A stretch of 64,000 nucleotides of DNA from Gemmatimonadales bacterium (GCA_041615815.1 JBFJCP010000003.1:64001-128000), one strand, 5' to 3'. Shown: positions 32,581 to 42,390, numbered from the stretch's first letter. Program-made: numbers and translations. Notes: generated by a model not told the origin, from the sequence alone.

Positions 32581-33725
32581 GTAACGGCGGATCGGCGGAT
32601 CGGCGGATCGAGAGAGATGCCCCCTCGGCATTTCCTGCCCCCGCTGCCAGGGTGGTGAAGCAGCGGGGTGAGCGCGTTCTCATGGCCATGTCAGGCGGTG
32701 TTGACAGCTCCGTGGCGGCAGCACTGCTCGTCGAGGCCGGCTACGATGTCATCGGCGCCACCATGAAGCTGTTCTGCTACGGCGACACCGTGCCCGACCG
32801 CCCGTGTTGCTCGCTGGATTCCATCACGGATGCGGCGCTGGTGGCCTCACGGATCGGGATTCCCCACTACGTGCTCAATTTCGAGGATCGGTTTCGGGCC
32901 CATGTCATCGAGAATTTCGTGGAGGAGTACTCCAGAGGCCGGACACCGATCCCCTGCGTACGCTGCAACTCGTTCACCAAGTTTCGCGACCTGCTCGCGC
33001 ACGCGGACGCTCTCGACTGCGATTACATCGCCACCGGTCATTATGCGATCGCGCGGGACGGAGCGCTCTTTCGCGGCCGCGATCCCGACAAGGATCAGAG
33101 CTACTTCCTCTGGGGCATCGATCGGACCGTGGTCAGGCGGATGCTGACACCTGTGGGTGCGCTCACGAAGCGTGAAACCCGTCAGGTGGCAAGACGCTTC
33201 GGGCTGGTGACAGCGGACAAGCAAGAATCGGTCGAGATCTGTTTCGTGCCTGACGGTGACTACGCGGCGGTGCTGGAGCAACATCTGCCCACTGACGCCC
33301 CCGCGCTGGCACCCGGACCGATCGTGACCACGGACGGCAACGTCGTGGGCGAGCACCGAGGTTACGCGCGGTTTACCCTCGGCCAGCGCCGGGGTCTCCC
33401 AGGCGGATTCGCGGAGCCGATGTACGTTGTGGCCATCGAGCCGAAGAACCGGACCGTCGTGATTGGCCCTGGCGACGAGCTGTTTGGGCATGAGGTGGCA
33501 ATCGAAGAGGTGAATTGGCTGGCGCGCCCGCTGGCACCCTCCCAGACCTGTGCCGTACAGGTCCGCTACCGCAGCCGGGCGGTGCCGGCCCGCGTTCGTG
33601 AGATCACCGAGTCCGGGGAGCGCGTGGTTCTCGATCTGGCGGAGCCCGTGCGCGCCATCACGGGCGGTCAGTCTGGCGTGTTGTACGACGGGGATCGGGT
33701 GTTGGGAGGCGGAGTGATCGGATGA
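32577..33725 (+). CDS. mnmA: tRNA-specific 2-thiouridylase (true start may be GTG 32652/32655)
   Basis: [44 protein letters not shown]. Confidence 0.96.
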   Translation: MSNGGSADRRIERDAPSAFPAPAARVVKQRGERVLMAMSGGVDSSVAAALLVEAGYDVIGATMKLFCYGDTVPDRPCCSLDSITDAALVASRIGIPHYVLNFEDRFRAHVIENFVEEYSRGRTPIPCVRCNSFTKFRDLLAHADALDCDYIATGHYAIARDGALFRGRDPDKDQSYFLWGIDRTVVRRMLTPVGALTKRETRQVARRFGLVTADKQESVEICFVPDGDYAAVLEQHLPTDAPALAPGPIVTTDGNVVGEHRGYARFTLGQRRGLPGGFAEPMYVVAIEPKNRTVVIGPGDELFGHEVAIEEVNWLARPLAPSQTCAVQVRYRSRAVPARVREITESGERVVLDLAEPVRAITGGQSGVLYDGDRVLGGGVIG

Positions 33726-34486
33726 CATCCCACGTCCACGAAATCGTTGAATTCGAAGGAAGCGCAGGCAAACTCTCCGGCCGACTCCAGCTCCCGTCGA
33801 CGAAGCCCAAAGGCGGGGTCGTCCTTTCCCACTGCTTCACCTGCTCGAAGTCTCTCAAGATCACGAGGCACCTCGCCACCGGTATCGAGGACGGTGGCTA
33901 CGCTGTGCTGCGATACGACTTCACCGGCCTTGGCGAGAGCGAGGGCGATTTCGGCGAGACGACGGTCACGACCAATATCTCGGATATCGAGGCTGCCGCA
34001 CGGTTCATGGAGCAGCGTGGGTTCGGGCCGTGCGTGTTGGTAGGACACAGCCTAGGCGGGGCCGCCACGATCCTCGCAGCGGATGCGGTGCCGGCAGTAC
34101 GGGCAGTCGTTGCCGTCGCGGCGCCGGGGGGCCCAGATCACGTGCGCCACCTCTTCACCGAGCGAGACATCGCGAAGGCCCTTCAGGAGGGCCGTGCCAC
34201 CGTTCGCATTGCCGGACGGAGCTTTGCCATCTCGGCAGCGTTTTTCCGAAACCTCGAGGAACATTGCACGCCAGAGCGAATCGCCGCCCTCGGACGGCCC
34301 TTGCTGGTCGTGCACGGCACGGCGGACACCATCGTGGAGATCGGAGAAGGCGAACGCATCTTCGGCGCGGCCCGTCAGCCGCGATGGTTCGCGGCCATTC
34401 CAAACGCGGACCATCTGTTCACGCAACCAATCCACAGCGAACAGGCAGCGCGAGCCATCGTCACGTTTCTCGATATCGTGTTGTGA
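33722..34486 (+). CDS. Alpha/beta hydrolase, like the N-terminal half of hydrolase-OsmC fusion proteins
   Basis: [23 protein letters not shown] nucleophile elbow, HGTAD, ADH. Confidence 0.9.
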   Translation: MTSHVHEIVEFEGSAGKLSGRLQLPSTKPKGGVVLSHCFTCSKSLKITRHLATGIEDGGYAVLRYDFTGLGESEGDFGETTVTTNISDIEAAARFMEQRGFGPCVLVGHSLGGAATILAADAVPAVRAVVAVAAPGGPDHVRHLFTERDIAKALQEGRATVRIAGRSFAISAAFFRNLEEHCTPERIAALGRPLLVVHGTADTIVEIGEGERIFGAARQPRWFAAIPNADHLFTQPIHSEQAARAIVTFLDIVL

Positions 34487-35091
34487 GGATCACGGAACGG
34501 GTTGGGAACGCCGGGCTCGGGGCGGTGCCGGTAGGCATCCTCGCCGTATTCACGCTGTTTCTCATCGCGATCGCGTACCTCGTGGCCTCGTCCTTGATGC
34601 GGCGCAGCCTCCCCACGTTCGATCCGTCCCCCGTTCAGACGGAGGCGCTGGGCGGCGACACCGTCATCGACGATACGGTCACCATCGACGCACGAGATCC
34701 CGAGCGGTGGCAGTTCTTCGATTTCGATCGGCGATCGGTGGTCCCCCCCCCGGACACCACCGGATGGGACCTGGCCTTCCGGCGCTTTCAGATCATCGCG
34801 AGCGGAGGGGTTGCCGCGCTCGACGCCGAATGGGAGGAGAGAGTTCCCTCGGAAGAGCGCTTTTTGACGACGCGTATGGCGAAGGATACCGTGAACCCGG
34901 CCATCGACCGATGGTACGAATACAGTTTCCTGAGTCATCTCCTCGAGCCAAAAGCGATGGCCTATGCCATTCGTACCACCGACGGTCGCTTCGCCAAGAT
35001 GCGCATCGTGAGTTACTACTGCCCAGGCTTGGCAGCCGGGTGTCTCACCATTCGCTACACCTATCCCTTGCCCGCCGACACGGGGGTGTGA
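34483..35091 (+). CDS. HmuY-family heme-binding protein with N-terminal membrane anchor
   Basis: WQFFDF, WDLAFRR, WYEY, IRTTDGRFAK...SYYC...TIRY; GTGA overlap with the upstream gene. Confidence 0.78.
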   Translation: MRITERVGNAGLGAVPVGILAVFTLFLIAIAYLVASSLMRRSLPTFDPSPVQTEALGGDTVIDDTVTIDARDPERWQFFDFDRRSVVPPPDTTGWDLAFRRFQIIASGGVAALDAEWEERVPSEERFLTTRMAKDTVNPAIDRWYEYSFLSHLLEPKAMAYAIRTTDGRFAKMRIVSYYCPGLAAGCLTIRYTYPLPADTGV

Positions 35092-35131
35092 GGGAACGAC
35101 CGCTACCGACGCCCCATCGTGGAGAGGGGAC

Positions 35132-35560
35132 ATGCCCCGCATCACGGCTGAACTGACTTCCGGACTGCAAGTCTGGATATCGAACGGACGTCACTCCTGG
35201 CGGGCGGACGAGCCAGCATCCGCGGGCGGCCAAGACACCGGTCCCACGCCGTACGAGCTGCTGCTCGGCGCCTTGGCAGCCTGTACCTGCATCACCCTCG
35301 AGCTCTATTGCCGACACAAGAAGATCACGCTCAAGGGCGTCAGCGCCTCGTACGACTTCGACCGAGTGCACGCCGACGATTGCGCCGACTGCGAAGATCC
35401 CAAGTCCGGGTTCATCGACCGCGTGACAAGCAAGATTAGGATCGCGGGCGATTTTGACGAGGCTCAGCGCACGCGGCTGGCGCAGGTCGCTGAGCGTTGT
35501 CCCGTGCACAAAACCCTGGCAAACGGTGTACATATTGTGGACGGGGTCGAGTTCGCATGA
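35132..35560 (+). CDS. OsmC family protein
   Basis: ADEP..GG.DTGPTPYELLL.ALAACT, HADDCADC, RCPVHKTL. Confidence 0.93.
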   Translation: MPRITAELTSGLQVWISNGRHSWRADEPASAGGQDTGPTPYELLLGALAACTCITLELYCRHKKITLKGVSASYDFDRVHADDCADCEDPKSGFIDRVTSKIRIAGDFDEAQRTRLAQVAERCPVHKTLANGVHIVDGVEFA

Positions 35561-35592
35561 CCTCGCATTGACCCTCTATCCTTGGTGAACAC

Positions 35593-36315
35593 ATGCGTCA
35601 CACACGGCCGTACCTGCACGGGGCGGTCCGTCGCTCCGTCACGACGGGAATGGCCCTCCTCGCGCTCGGTGCGACTGCACAACCCCTGGGCGCGCAAACC
35701 AGGGAGGCACCGTCGCTGGAGACACTCCTGCACGCCCCAGCTGCCGATGTGGCGAGCTCCTATCGCGTCCTTAGGCAGTTGATCGATCTCCTGAGTTTGG
35801 CGGAGCGGGGCGGCACCGTTCAGTGGGGTCTCCGCACCGTCACTCGCGACAACGTCGAGCAGGTGCGCTTGGAACTCGAGCAAGAGCTCGCAACGCTCGA
35901 TACCGCGATCACCCAACGTGGGTATGGAGCGATCTCCGGCAGTTACGAGCCTCGAGCCACAAAAGAATGCGAGCGAATCCCGTCCATGTGGGCGCAGACC
36001 ATTCGGGCTGGTGCCATCAAGACTGTCAAGATCTCTCAGGAGGAGTTTACCCTCCAGCTGATCCAAGAGATTTCGCTGGAAGGCGAATCGTTCACCGCCG
36101 AGATTCCCGGCATCATCGTTGACTCGATCATCACCTTCGCGGATCCGATGAACTCGGATTTTGGGTTTGTGGGAGAGGCGACAGCCGGGACGATCGTCAT
36201 GCGACCGGAGGTCGACGCAATCCTCGCCGCGTGGCCGACGTGGCTGAAGGCACCCAACCGCAAGGACCTCGCGCGGTGCGCGGTGAGCTTGCGGAGCGCG
36301 CCTGGGAACCCCTAG
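35593..36315 (+). CDS. Secreted hypothetical protein
   Basis: Signal-like N-terminus, fills the gap between OsmC and GT2; no family recognised. Confidence 0.6.
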   Translation: MRHTRPYLHGAVRRSVTTGMALLALGATAQPLGAQTREAPSLETLLHAPAADVASSYRVLRQLIDLLSLAERGGTVQWGLRTVTRDNVEQVRLELEQELATLDTAITQRGYGAISGSYEPRATKECERIPSMWAQTIRAGAIKTVKISQEEFTLQLIQEISLEGESFTAEIPGIIVDSIITFADPMNSDFGFVGEATAGTIVMRPEVDAILAAWPTWLKAPNRKDLARCAVSLRSAPGNP

Positions 36316-36334
36316 GCCTCGCGCACACGCCCGG

Positions 36335-37060
36335 GTGATCTCCTTCATCGTTCCGGCCTACAACGAGGCTCGATACCTGCCCCCGACCCTGCGGGCCATT
36401 CACACCGTAGCCGACGCGCTCTCGATCACCTATGAGCTGATCGTCGCCGACGACGCCTCCACCGATGCCACCCCTGCCATCGCGGCGGCGCAGGGCGCGA
36501 CGGTGGTCAGCGTGGCCCACCGCCAGATTGCCGCCACCCGCAACGCGGGCGCGGAGCGCGCCACGGGCGAACATTTGTTTTTCGTGGATGCCGACACGCT
36601 GGTGAACGACGCCACCATGCGCGCCGCCATGCGGGTGCTGCAAGAGGGCGCCGTGGGCGGCGGGGCCGGCGTGCGCTTTGACGGGCGTCTTCCGCTGTAT
36701 GCCCGGCTGCTCGTCCCGCCGAGCGTCTGGCTGTTCCGCGTGACGGGGCTGGCTGCCGGGTGTTTTCTGTTCTGTACCCGTGCGGCCTTCGAGGCCGTGG
36801 GCGGCTTTGACGAACGGCTCTACGGATCCGAAGAGATCGCGATGAGCCGCGCCCTCAAGCGACACGGCCGCTTCGTGATTCTCCGCGAGTCCGTGATATC
36901 GTCGGGCCGACGGCTGCGCGCCCACTCGGGATGGGAGGTCGCCCGACTCCTCGGCGCGCTCGCGCTCGGCGGATCCCGGAGTGTCCGCGATCGGGGAGCA
37001 TTGGCCATCTGGTACGACCAGCGACGCGACGATCCTGATCTGCCGCAGGCTCGTCCATGA
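36335..37060 (+). CDS. Glycosyltransferase family 2
   Basis: ISFIVPAYNE, DDASTD, RNAGA, FVDAD, GGFDE. Confidence 0.9.
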   Translation: MISFIVPAYNEARYLPPTLRAIHTVADALSITYELIVADDASTDATPAIAAAQGATVVSVAHRQIAATRNAGAERATGEHLFFVDADTLVNDATMRAAMRVLQEGAVGGGAGVRFDGRLPLYARLLVPPSVWLFRVTGLAAGCFLFCTRAAFEAVGGFDERLYGSEEIAMSRALKRHGRFVILRESVISSGRRLRAHSGWEVARLLGALALGGSRSVRDRGALAIWYDQRRDDPDLPQARP

Positions 37061-37116
37061 CAGCAACGCAGCTACGAGGCCGAGGTTGAGAGCCCCTCGG
37101 TCAGCCTGACATCGAC

Positions 37117-37728
37117 CTAGGCTGCCTCCGGGTCCGGCAGGATCAGGTCTTGGAACACCCGATCGATCCTCTCGGCACTCAGCCGCGAACTACCGGTCAG
37201 CCACCACGAGGTCAAGCCGAGAAATGCACCCACCACGGCGTGCGCTTGTCCGTCTCGAACCGCGGCCCCATCGCGGCCGGCCGCCCGCGACATCGCCCCA
37301 ACTTCGTCCATCCGCGCCATTTCGCGCCGCACCAACTCGACCAGCAAGGCCGTAATCTTCTCTCGGATCCTCGCGTCCGAGCCGCGTACGATGGTCGCCT
37401 GGAAAAACCGCTTCTGCGACCGGATATGCCGGAGGAGCGGGAGGCTGAAGCGGAACGACACCGCCCGGTCGTTCGCCTGCGGGCCGTCGTCACCGCCGCC
37501 GGGTGCCGTCTCCCCCAGCGAGAGCAACCACTGGTCGAAACCGCTGAACAGCAAGTCTTCTTTGGAGGTGTAATGGGAGTAGAACGTGGACCGACCGACG
37601 TCAGCACGACCCGTGATATCTTCGATCGTAATCCCTTCGTAGCCCTGCTCATCGATCAGCGCCAGCAGGGCTTCTTTCAGACGGCGTCTCGTGCGTCGAA
37701 CTCGTCGATCCGGGCTCCGAGTGGTCAT
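37117..37728 (-). CDS. TetR family transcriptional regulator
   Basis: DRRVRRTR, ITIEDITGRADVGRSTFYSHYTSKEDL HTH. Confidence 0.94.
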   Translation of the reverse strand: MTTRSPDRRVRRTRRRLKEALLALIDEQGYEGITIEDITGRADVGRSTFYSHYTSKEDLLFSGFDQWLLSLGETAPGGGDDGPQANDRAVSFRFSLPLLRHIRSQKRFFQATIVRGSDARIREKITALLVELVRREMARMDEVGAMSRAAGRDGAAVRDGQAHAVVGAFLGLTSWWLTGSSRLSAERIDRVFQDLILPDPEAA

Positions 37729-37826
37729 CGGCGCTCCATTTTCTGAACGAACCCCGCAGCCGCGTACAATTCGAGACAGATTGCCAGCATTGCTCGTTGA
37801 CGAATGTGCAGCACCGGACTGAATTA

Positions 37827-37862
37827 TTGGACAATAGTCCAGTATTGTACTTTAGTCCAGTA
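37827..37862. promoter_or_regulatory. Putative TetR operator: two tandem 18-bp imperfect repeats with palindromic core
   Basis: TTGGACAATAGTCCAGTA then TTGTACTTTAGTCCAGTA; core TGGAC-N4-GTCCA at 37828-37841; lies between divergent tetR and its neighbour. Confidence 0.65.
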
Positions 37863-37876
37863 ACCGAGGAGGCCCG

Positions 37877-38362
37877 ATGTTCGTCTTTCTCTTGGGCGGG
37901 TTGCTCGCGGCGGCATCCGTGCACATCGCGCTCATGAAAGAGCGTACCCTCCGCCGTGTCGGCGAGCTCGCCCTGCTGTATGTTCTGGTCGGCTATTGCG
38001 GTGTGCCAATGTTGATCTTGAGCGTCGGAAACTTGATGCGGCCAGACCAGGCCGCCCACTACCTGGGCTTTCCCGCTGGCAATCCGTTTCAGGATTTCCT
38101 CGGGGTCGCGTATCTCGGGATGTCGCTGCTCTCGATCATGGCCCTGTGGTACCGCCGGACATTCCTCATCGGTCCGGCCGTCTTGTGGGCGGTGTTCTTC
38201 GTTGGCGCGACGCTCATTCACATGAAGGACTTCGGTGAGCGCGGTGCGCTTACTCACGGCAGCATGCTGGCCATCTTCGCCAGCCACGGACTGATCTCGG
38301 TTCTCCTGGCCGCGGCGCTCATCGCGAGCGGTGTCCTGCAGGAGACCGCTCGAGCCAGTTGA
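37877..38362 (+). CDS. Membrane protein (DUF6790-like)
   Basis: Several TM helices, [10 protein letters not shown] motif; GAGGAGG SD; divergent from tetR. Confidence 0.75.
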   Translation: MFVFLLGGLLAAASVHIALMKERTLRRVGELALLYVLVGYCGVPMLILSVGNLMRPDQAAHYLGFPAGNPFQDFLGVAYLGMSLLSIMALWYRRTFLIGPAVLWAVFFVGATLIHMKDFGERGALTHGSMLAIFASHGLISVLLAAALIASGVLQETARAS

Positions 38363-38861
38363 AACGCGTCCTCGTCATCGGCTCCGGCGGTGCGGGTAAG
38401 ACGACCTTCGCACAACACCTGGGCGCGCGGACCGGACTTCCGGTGGTCCATCTCGACGCCTGGTATTGGAGACCCGTTGGTCGCCAACCCCCGCTGACGA
38501 GTGGGAAGCAACCGTGGAGCAACTGGTGTCCCGGGAAGCCTGGATCATGGACGGGAACTACGGGGGCACCCTCGAACTGCGCCTCGCCGCATGCGACACG
38601 GTCGTTTTTCTGGATTTTCCACGGCTCGTCTGTGTCTGGCGCGTGCTGCGGCGGCGCTGGCGCCACGATGGTCGAGTTCGGCCTGAGCTACCTCCCGGGT
38701 GTTCCGAGCGCCTGACCTGGGGTTTTCTGACGTGGATCTGGACCTATCCCTCGCGTCGTCGCGGCCACATCTTGAACCGCTTGGCGGCGCTGGATGAAGA
38801 GAAGCGTGTGATCATCGTGCGTTCGCAGGCGTCGATGGAGGAATTCCTCCGGAGCGTGTGA
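38359..38861 (+). pseudogene. FlaR / DNA topology modulation protein-like P-loop kinase with a frameshift near 38476
   Basis: GSGGAGKTT and HLD..YWRP in one frame; W.PTP..EW, WIMDGNY, DTVVFLD in another; one inserted base restores PGW. Confidence 0.8.
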
Positions 38862-38906
38862 TCGTGCATCCGGCATGAGCGGCCATTGTCACGACCCCAA
38901 CGACCG

Positions 38907-39401
38907 ATGTCCCCAACACGACAGCCGACGACCTGGACACTCGCCCTGGTATGCTACGCGCTCGGATGCTCCACCGGCCAGCCACCGTTCGATGCTGCCG
39001 CTCGCGCCACCGTCACACGGAGCGTCGACTCAGCGCTCCAGGCATTCGCTGCGGCCGAGCGGTCGCGCGACGCCGAACGTACCGTGTCTCATATTGCGCC
39101 CGATTTCTACATGTACAACGATGGCAATCGCGTGGGGTACGATTCCGTCGCTGCACAGATCCGACGCACCTTCCCGGCAATGCAACGTTTCGATTTCACC
39201 TGGGAGGACATTGACATCCGTCTTTTGGGACCGCAGCATGCGTTCGTCACGTTCACGTTCCGAGATCACATTACGATGAACGACGGCTCGACACTACGCT
39301 TCAGGGGCCCCACGACCTTGGTCTGGGAACGGCGGGGCGACGACTGGCTGATCATCTTCGCAGATGCCGATCACTATGCAGACTCAATACCCGGCAGGTG
39401 A
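38907..39401 (+). CDS. NTF2/SnoaL-like lipoprotein
   Basis: Lipobox ALGC; FAAAERSRD helix; TLVWERRGDDWLII..H end. Confidence 0.8.
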   Translation: MSPTRQPTTWTLALVCYALGCSTGQPPFDAAARATVTRSVDSALQAFAAAERSRDAERTVSHIAPDFYMYNDGNRVGYDSVAAQIRRTFPAMQRFDFTWEDIDIRLLGPQHAFVTFTFRDHITMNDGSTLRFRGPTTLVWERRGDDWLIIFADADHYADSIPGR

Positions 39402-39709
39402 CTATCATGACTTCGCACAACGCTGCGGACCTCCTCCGAATCCCGGGCATTGGTTCGAGCCTGGCCAACGATCTCCGTGAGCTCGGCATCCACGCCGTCA
39501 GCGATCTCGCTGGCCGTGATCCCGAGGCACTCTACGAGCGGCTCTGTCTCCTCCGGGGAAGTCCTATGGACCGATGTGTGCTGTACGCCTTTCGCTGTGC
39601 GGTGTATTTCGCAAGCCATGAACGACATGACCCGGAACTGCTCAAATGGTGGAACTGGAAGGACAGGAAGCACGCCGCCGGTCCGGCGCGGCGCACGGTT
39701 CACCGCTAG
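39398..39709 (+). CDS. Helix-hairpin-helix protein (Cdd1 / mitomycin-resistance-like)
   Basis: IPGIG, LGI..V.DL.GRDPE.LY, DRCVLY.FRCAVY, LLKWWNWKD. Confidence 0.85.
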   Translation: MTIMTSHNAADLLRIPGIGSSLANDLRELGIHAVSDLAGRDPEALYERLCLLRGSPMDRCVLYAFRCAVYFASHERHDPELLKWWNWKDRKHAAGPARRTVHR

Positions 39710-39745
39710 CGGTCCGGTCGGCATTCCATACGACGAAGGTCAACC

Positions 39746-40150
39746 ATGACTGCCGAATTTCCGGTCCAGGGCGTTGAGCTTACCCAGCTCCTCGTGGTAT
39801 CGGACCTCAATCGTGCTCGCGACTTCTACCGCGACGTGCTCGGCGCCACGCTCTTTCGCGAATACGGGGGGACCTCGGCCGTGTTCCAATTCCAAGGGAA
39901 CTGGCTGCTCCTGGTGACGGGCGGTGGGCCCACCGAGGACAAGCCCAACGTCGTCTTCGCACCTCCCCCCAACCCCAACACGGTGAGTCATCAAATGACG
40001 TTGCGGGTGCCGGACTGCCATGCCGCGTACGACACCCTCAAAGACCGGGGGGCACGATTTCTCACTCCGCCTGTGGACCGCGGTGGTGAAATCCGTTGCT
40101 TCTTCCGAGACCCCGACGGTCATCTGCTGGAGATCAGTGAAGTCACGTAG
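39746..40150 (+). CDS. VOC family (glyoxalase/bleomycin-resistance-like) protein
   Basis: LVVSDL.RARDFYRDVLG, FFRDPDGHLLEI. Confidence 0.92.
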   Translation: MTAEFPVQGVELTQLLVVSDLNRARDFYRDVLGATLFREYGGTSAVFQFQGNWLLLVTGGGPTEDKPNVVFAPPPNPNTVSHQMTLRVPDCHAAYDTLKDRGARFLTPPVDRGGEIRCFFRDPDGHLLEISEVT

Positions 40151-40328
40151 GACGGCGGCCGTTCGAACGAATTGACTACCATGGTCAGGGACACGGCTCT
40201 CATCGGCTTAGGGAACGGCGGGGCTGGCGGAGCTCGTCTACACCGCGCGGGCCTGCACCATCCTCGATATCCGTCGCGCCAACAGGGGAGGAGATCGTAC
40301 TCTGCGACTCCTCACCTCAGCTGGACAG

Positions 40329-40688
40329 ATGCCGACTAGTGCCGCCGATACTCGATCCGTGCCACTCCGGTAGTTCGAGTCGTGGCACGAACCGGCCGAC
40401 CTCGACGAGTTCCGCGCGTGCCTCGCGGACCACGTGCTGTTCGATGCTAGGACCGCCGTCGTCCACGGCGCCGAGGCGCTCGCCGGACTCACGCGGGAAA
40501 CCGAGTCTCCGTGGCTAGAGGTCCGACTGCTCGATTCCCTGTTCGCCCCAGGCCACGCAGCGCTCTGCTATGAGGGAATCGACAAACGTTCGGGAGTCCC
40601 GCATCGCGTGAACGAACTGCTCAGCGTCCAAGACGGCCGTATCGTGCGCATCCTGGCAACCATATCCGCGCTGGAGCCCACTCAATAG
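40329..40688 (+). pseudogene. SnoaL/NTF2-like protein interrupted by an in-frame TAG (40371-40373)
   Basis: From ATG 40329: MPTSAADTRSVPLR*FESWHEPADLDEFRACLADHVLFD...VQDGRIVRI. Confidence 0.65.
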
Positions 40689-40752
40689 CGTCACCATGCG
40701 CTGGTCGTCGTCACCGGTGCATGCCCCCCGCGATCGCCGTCGGGGCCTTGCC

Positions 40753-41229
40753 TTGATCGTCCTGCAGGACGTCCTCGATATTGACGTGCCACCGACGCGG
40801 GTGTGGGGGTGGTTGAGCCGTCTGCCCGACAACTACCGTGCCTGGCACCCCGCCCACCTGAGCTGCCGTTTCGTCCGCGGCAGCGGTCTCGACGTGGGCG
40901 CTGAGTTGGTTATGGAAGAGATGCTCCATGGACGCCGCCACCGGCTCGCGGTTCGTGCTACGCTCGTCCAACCGAATCACCTCCTGCGGTATGAGAGTCG
41001 TTTCTATCGAGGCGAGTTTCGTCTCGACCGCGCTCCTGGTGGGACACGATTGACTACCACGCTGGAGTTTGGTCTGTCTTGGCCAATCCTCGGCAAGGTC
41101 TTCGATCTCGTCGCCCGGCTCGTGCTGGCCCGACGGATTCGCATCATCCACGCCCATATGAAAGAGGAAACTCGGAACCTGAAGCGGATCCTGGAAGCGG
41201 TGCCCAACGGACGAGTCCGCGACGATTGA
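40753..41229 (+). CDS. SRPBCC family protein (start TTG 40753 or ATG 40696)
   Basis: IDVPPTRVWGWL...YRAWHPAH, C-terminal HMKEETRNLKRILE. Confidence 0.8.
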   Translation: MIVLQDVLDIDVPPTRVWGWLSRLPDNYRAWHPAHLSCRFVRGSGLDVGAELVMEEMLHGRRHRLAVRATLVQPNHLLRYESRFYRGEFRLDRAPGGTRLTTTLEFGLSWPILGKVFDLVARLVLARRIRIIHAHMKEETRNLKRILEAVPNGRVRDD

Positions 41230-41326
41230 ACCGCGAGATCTGGAACCCGTCTCCACCGCCGGGGTTTCGTAACGGTACTCGAGATCATCCCGGCTGCAAT
41301 TTTCGCATGATGGAGAAGGAGGCACT

Positions 41327-41857
41327 ATGAGCGCTCCCCGGTGGTCGGTCTTCCCTGTCGTCGTCCTTTGCGCTGCGTCCGTCACGGCTGGGCGCGGTTC
41401 TCACCTCGCCAGCGCGGCTGGAACCGCACCATTCCCCATCCGGCCTACCCCAGATACCCTGGCCGCAAGACGAGCCGTGATGGCCTTCATCCAGGCCATC
41501 GACCGGCTTGATCTGGATGGTGTCGCGGACAGCTTCTCTCGCGATGGGACGGCCTTCTACCCATTCTCGTTCACACCTCACCGCCTCGATGGACGGGAGC
41601 AGATCCGGGAGGCCCAGCGGCAGGGGTTCGATTGGGCTCGAGCACAGCTCGTCGAAGCCGGCCACAACGCACCCCTCTCGCTCAATCTCCAACCCACCCA
41701 CATGGAGGTAAGACTGTTGGGCGAGACCGTCGCCATCGTGACCTGGCATTCCGATCGCTCAACCCACGCCGGACGACGCACGGCGGTCCTTCATAGGATC
41801 CAGGGCGAGTGGCTCATCGTGCACCACCACGCGTCCAACATGCCCCGGTCCAACTAG
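41327..41857 (+). CDS. Secreted NTF2/SnoaL-like protein
   Basis: AAGGAGG SD, signal peptide, RRTAVLHRIQGEWLIVHHHAS. Confidence 0.82.
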   Translation: MSAPRWSVFPVVVLCAASVTAGRGSHLASAAGTAPFPIRPTPDTLAARRAVMAFIQAIDRLDLDGVADSFSRDGTAFYPFSFTPHRLDGREQIREAQRQGFDWARAQLVEAGHNAPLSLNLQPTHMEVRLLGETVAIVTWHSDRSTHAGRRTAVLHRIQGEWLIVHHHASNMPRSN

Positions 41858-41973
41858 CGCTCCTCGGCTTCGGCCCACAAGTTGTCATCCGTCGACACTT
41901 CGTCGAAGTGTGACAGCCGTTTCCGCTCCGGAGGCCAGGACGTCACACGATAGCTTTCAAGGGAGGGTACCCG

Positions 41974-42390
41974 ATGGCACAATTGAAAACCACGCCCAAC
42001 ACGAAGAGCGTCACGCAATTCCTCAACAGCATCGCCGACGAGACCAAGCGCCGGGACTGCAAGACGCTCTTGGGAATCATGGAGCGGATCACCAAGCACC
42101 CACCCAAGATGTGGGGCTCGAGCATCGTCGGCTTCGGGAGCTATCACTACAAGTACGCCAGTGGCCGGGAGGGCGATTGGTTTGTCACGGGGTTTTCGCC
42201 CAGGAAGCAGAACCTGACGCTGTACATCATGTCTGGATTCCGGCGATATGGTGGGTTGCTCGAGAAACTCGGGAACTACAAGACGGGAAAGTCGTGTCTC
42301 TACATCAAGCGTCTCGATGACGTGGACCGAAAGGTGCTCGAGCAGCTCATCGCAGAATCCGTAGCGTATCTAGCGCAGTCAAACAGGTAA
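41974..42390 (+). CDS. DUF1801 (YdhG-like) protein
   Basis: PKMWGSSIVGFGSYHYKYASGREGDW, GFSPRK, GKSCLYIK. Confidence 0.92.
   Translation: MAQLKTTPNTKSVTQFLNSIADETKRRDCKTLLGIMERITKHPPKMWGSSIVGFGSYHYKYASGREGDWFVTGFSPRKQNLTLYIMSGFRRYGGLLEKLGNYKTGKSCLYIKRLDDVDRKVLEQLIAESVAYLAQSNR

Noticed and set aside
40371..40373. Pyrrolysine or amber recoding
   Set aside because: TAG terminates many clear genes here, no pyl genes are in the window, and the context suggests Tyr.
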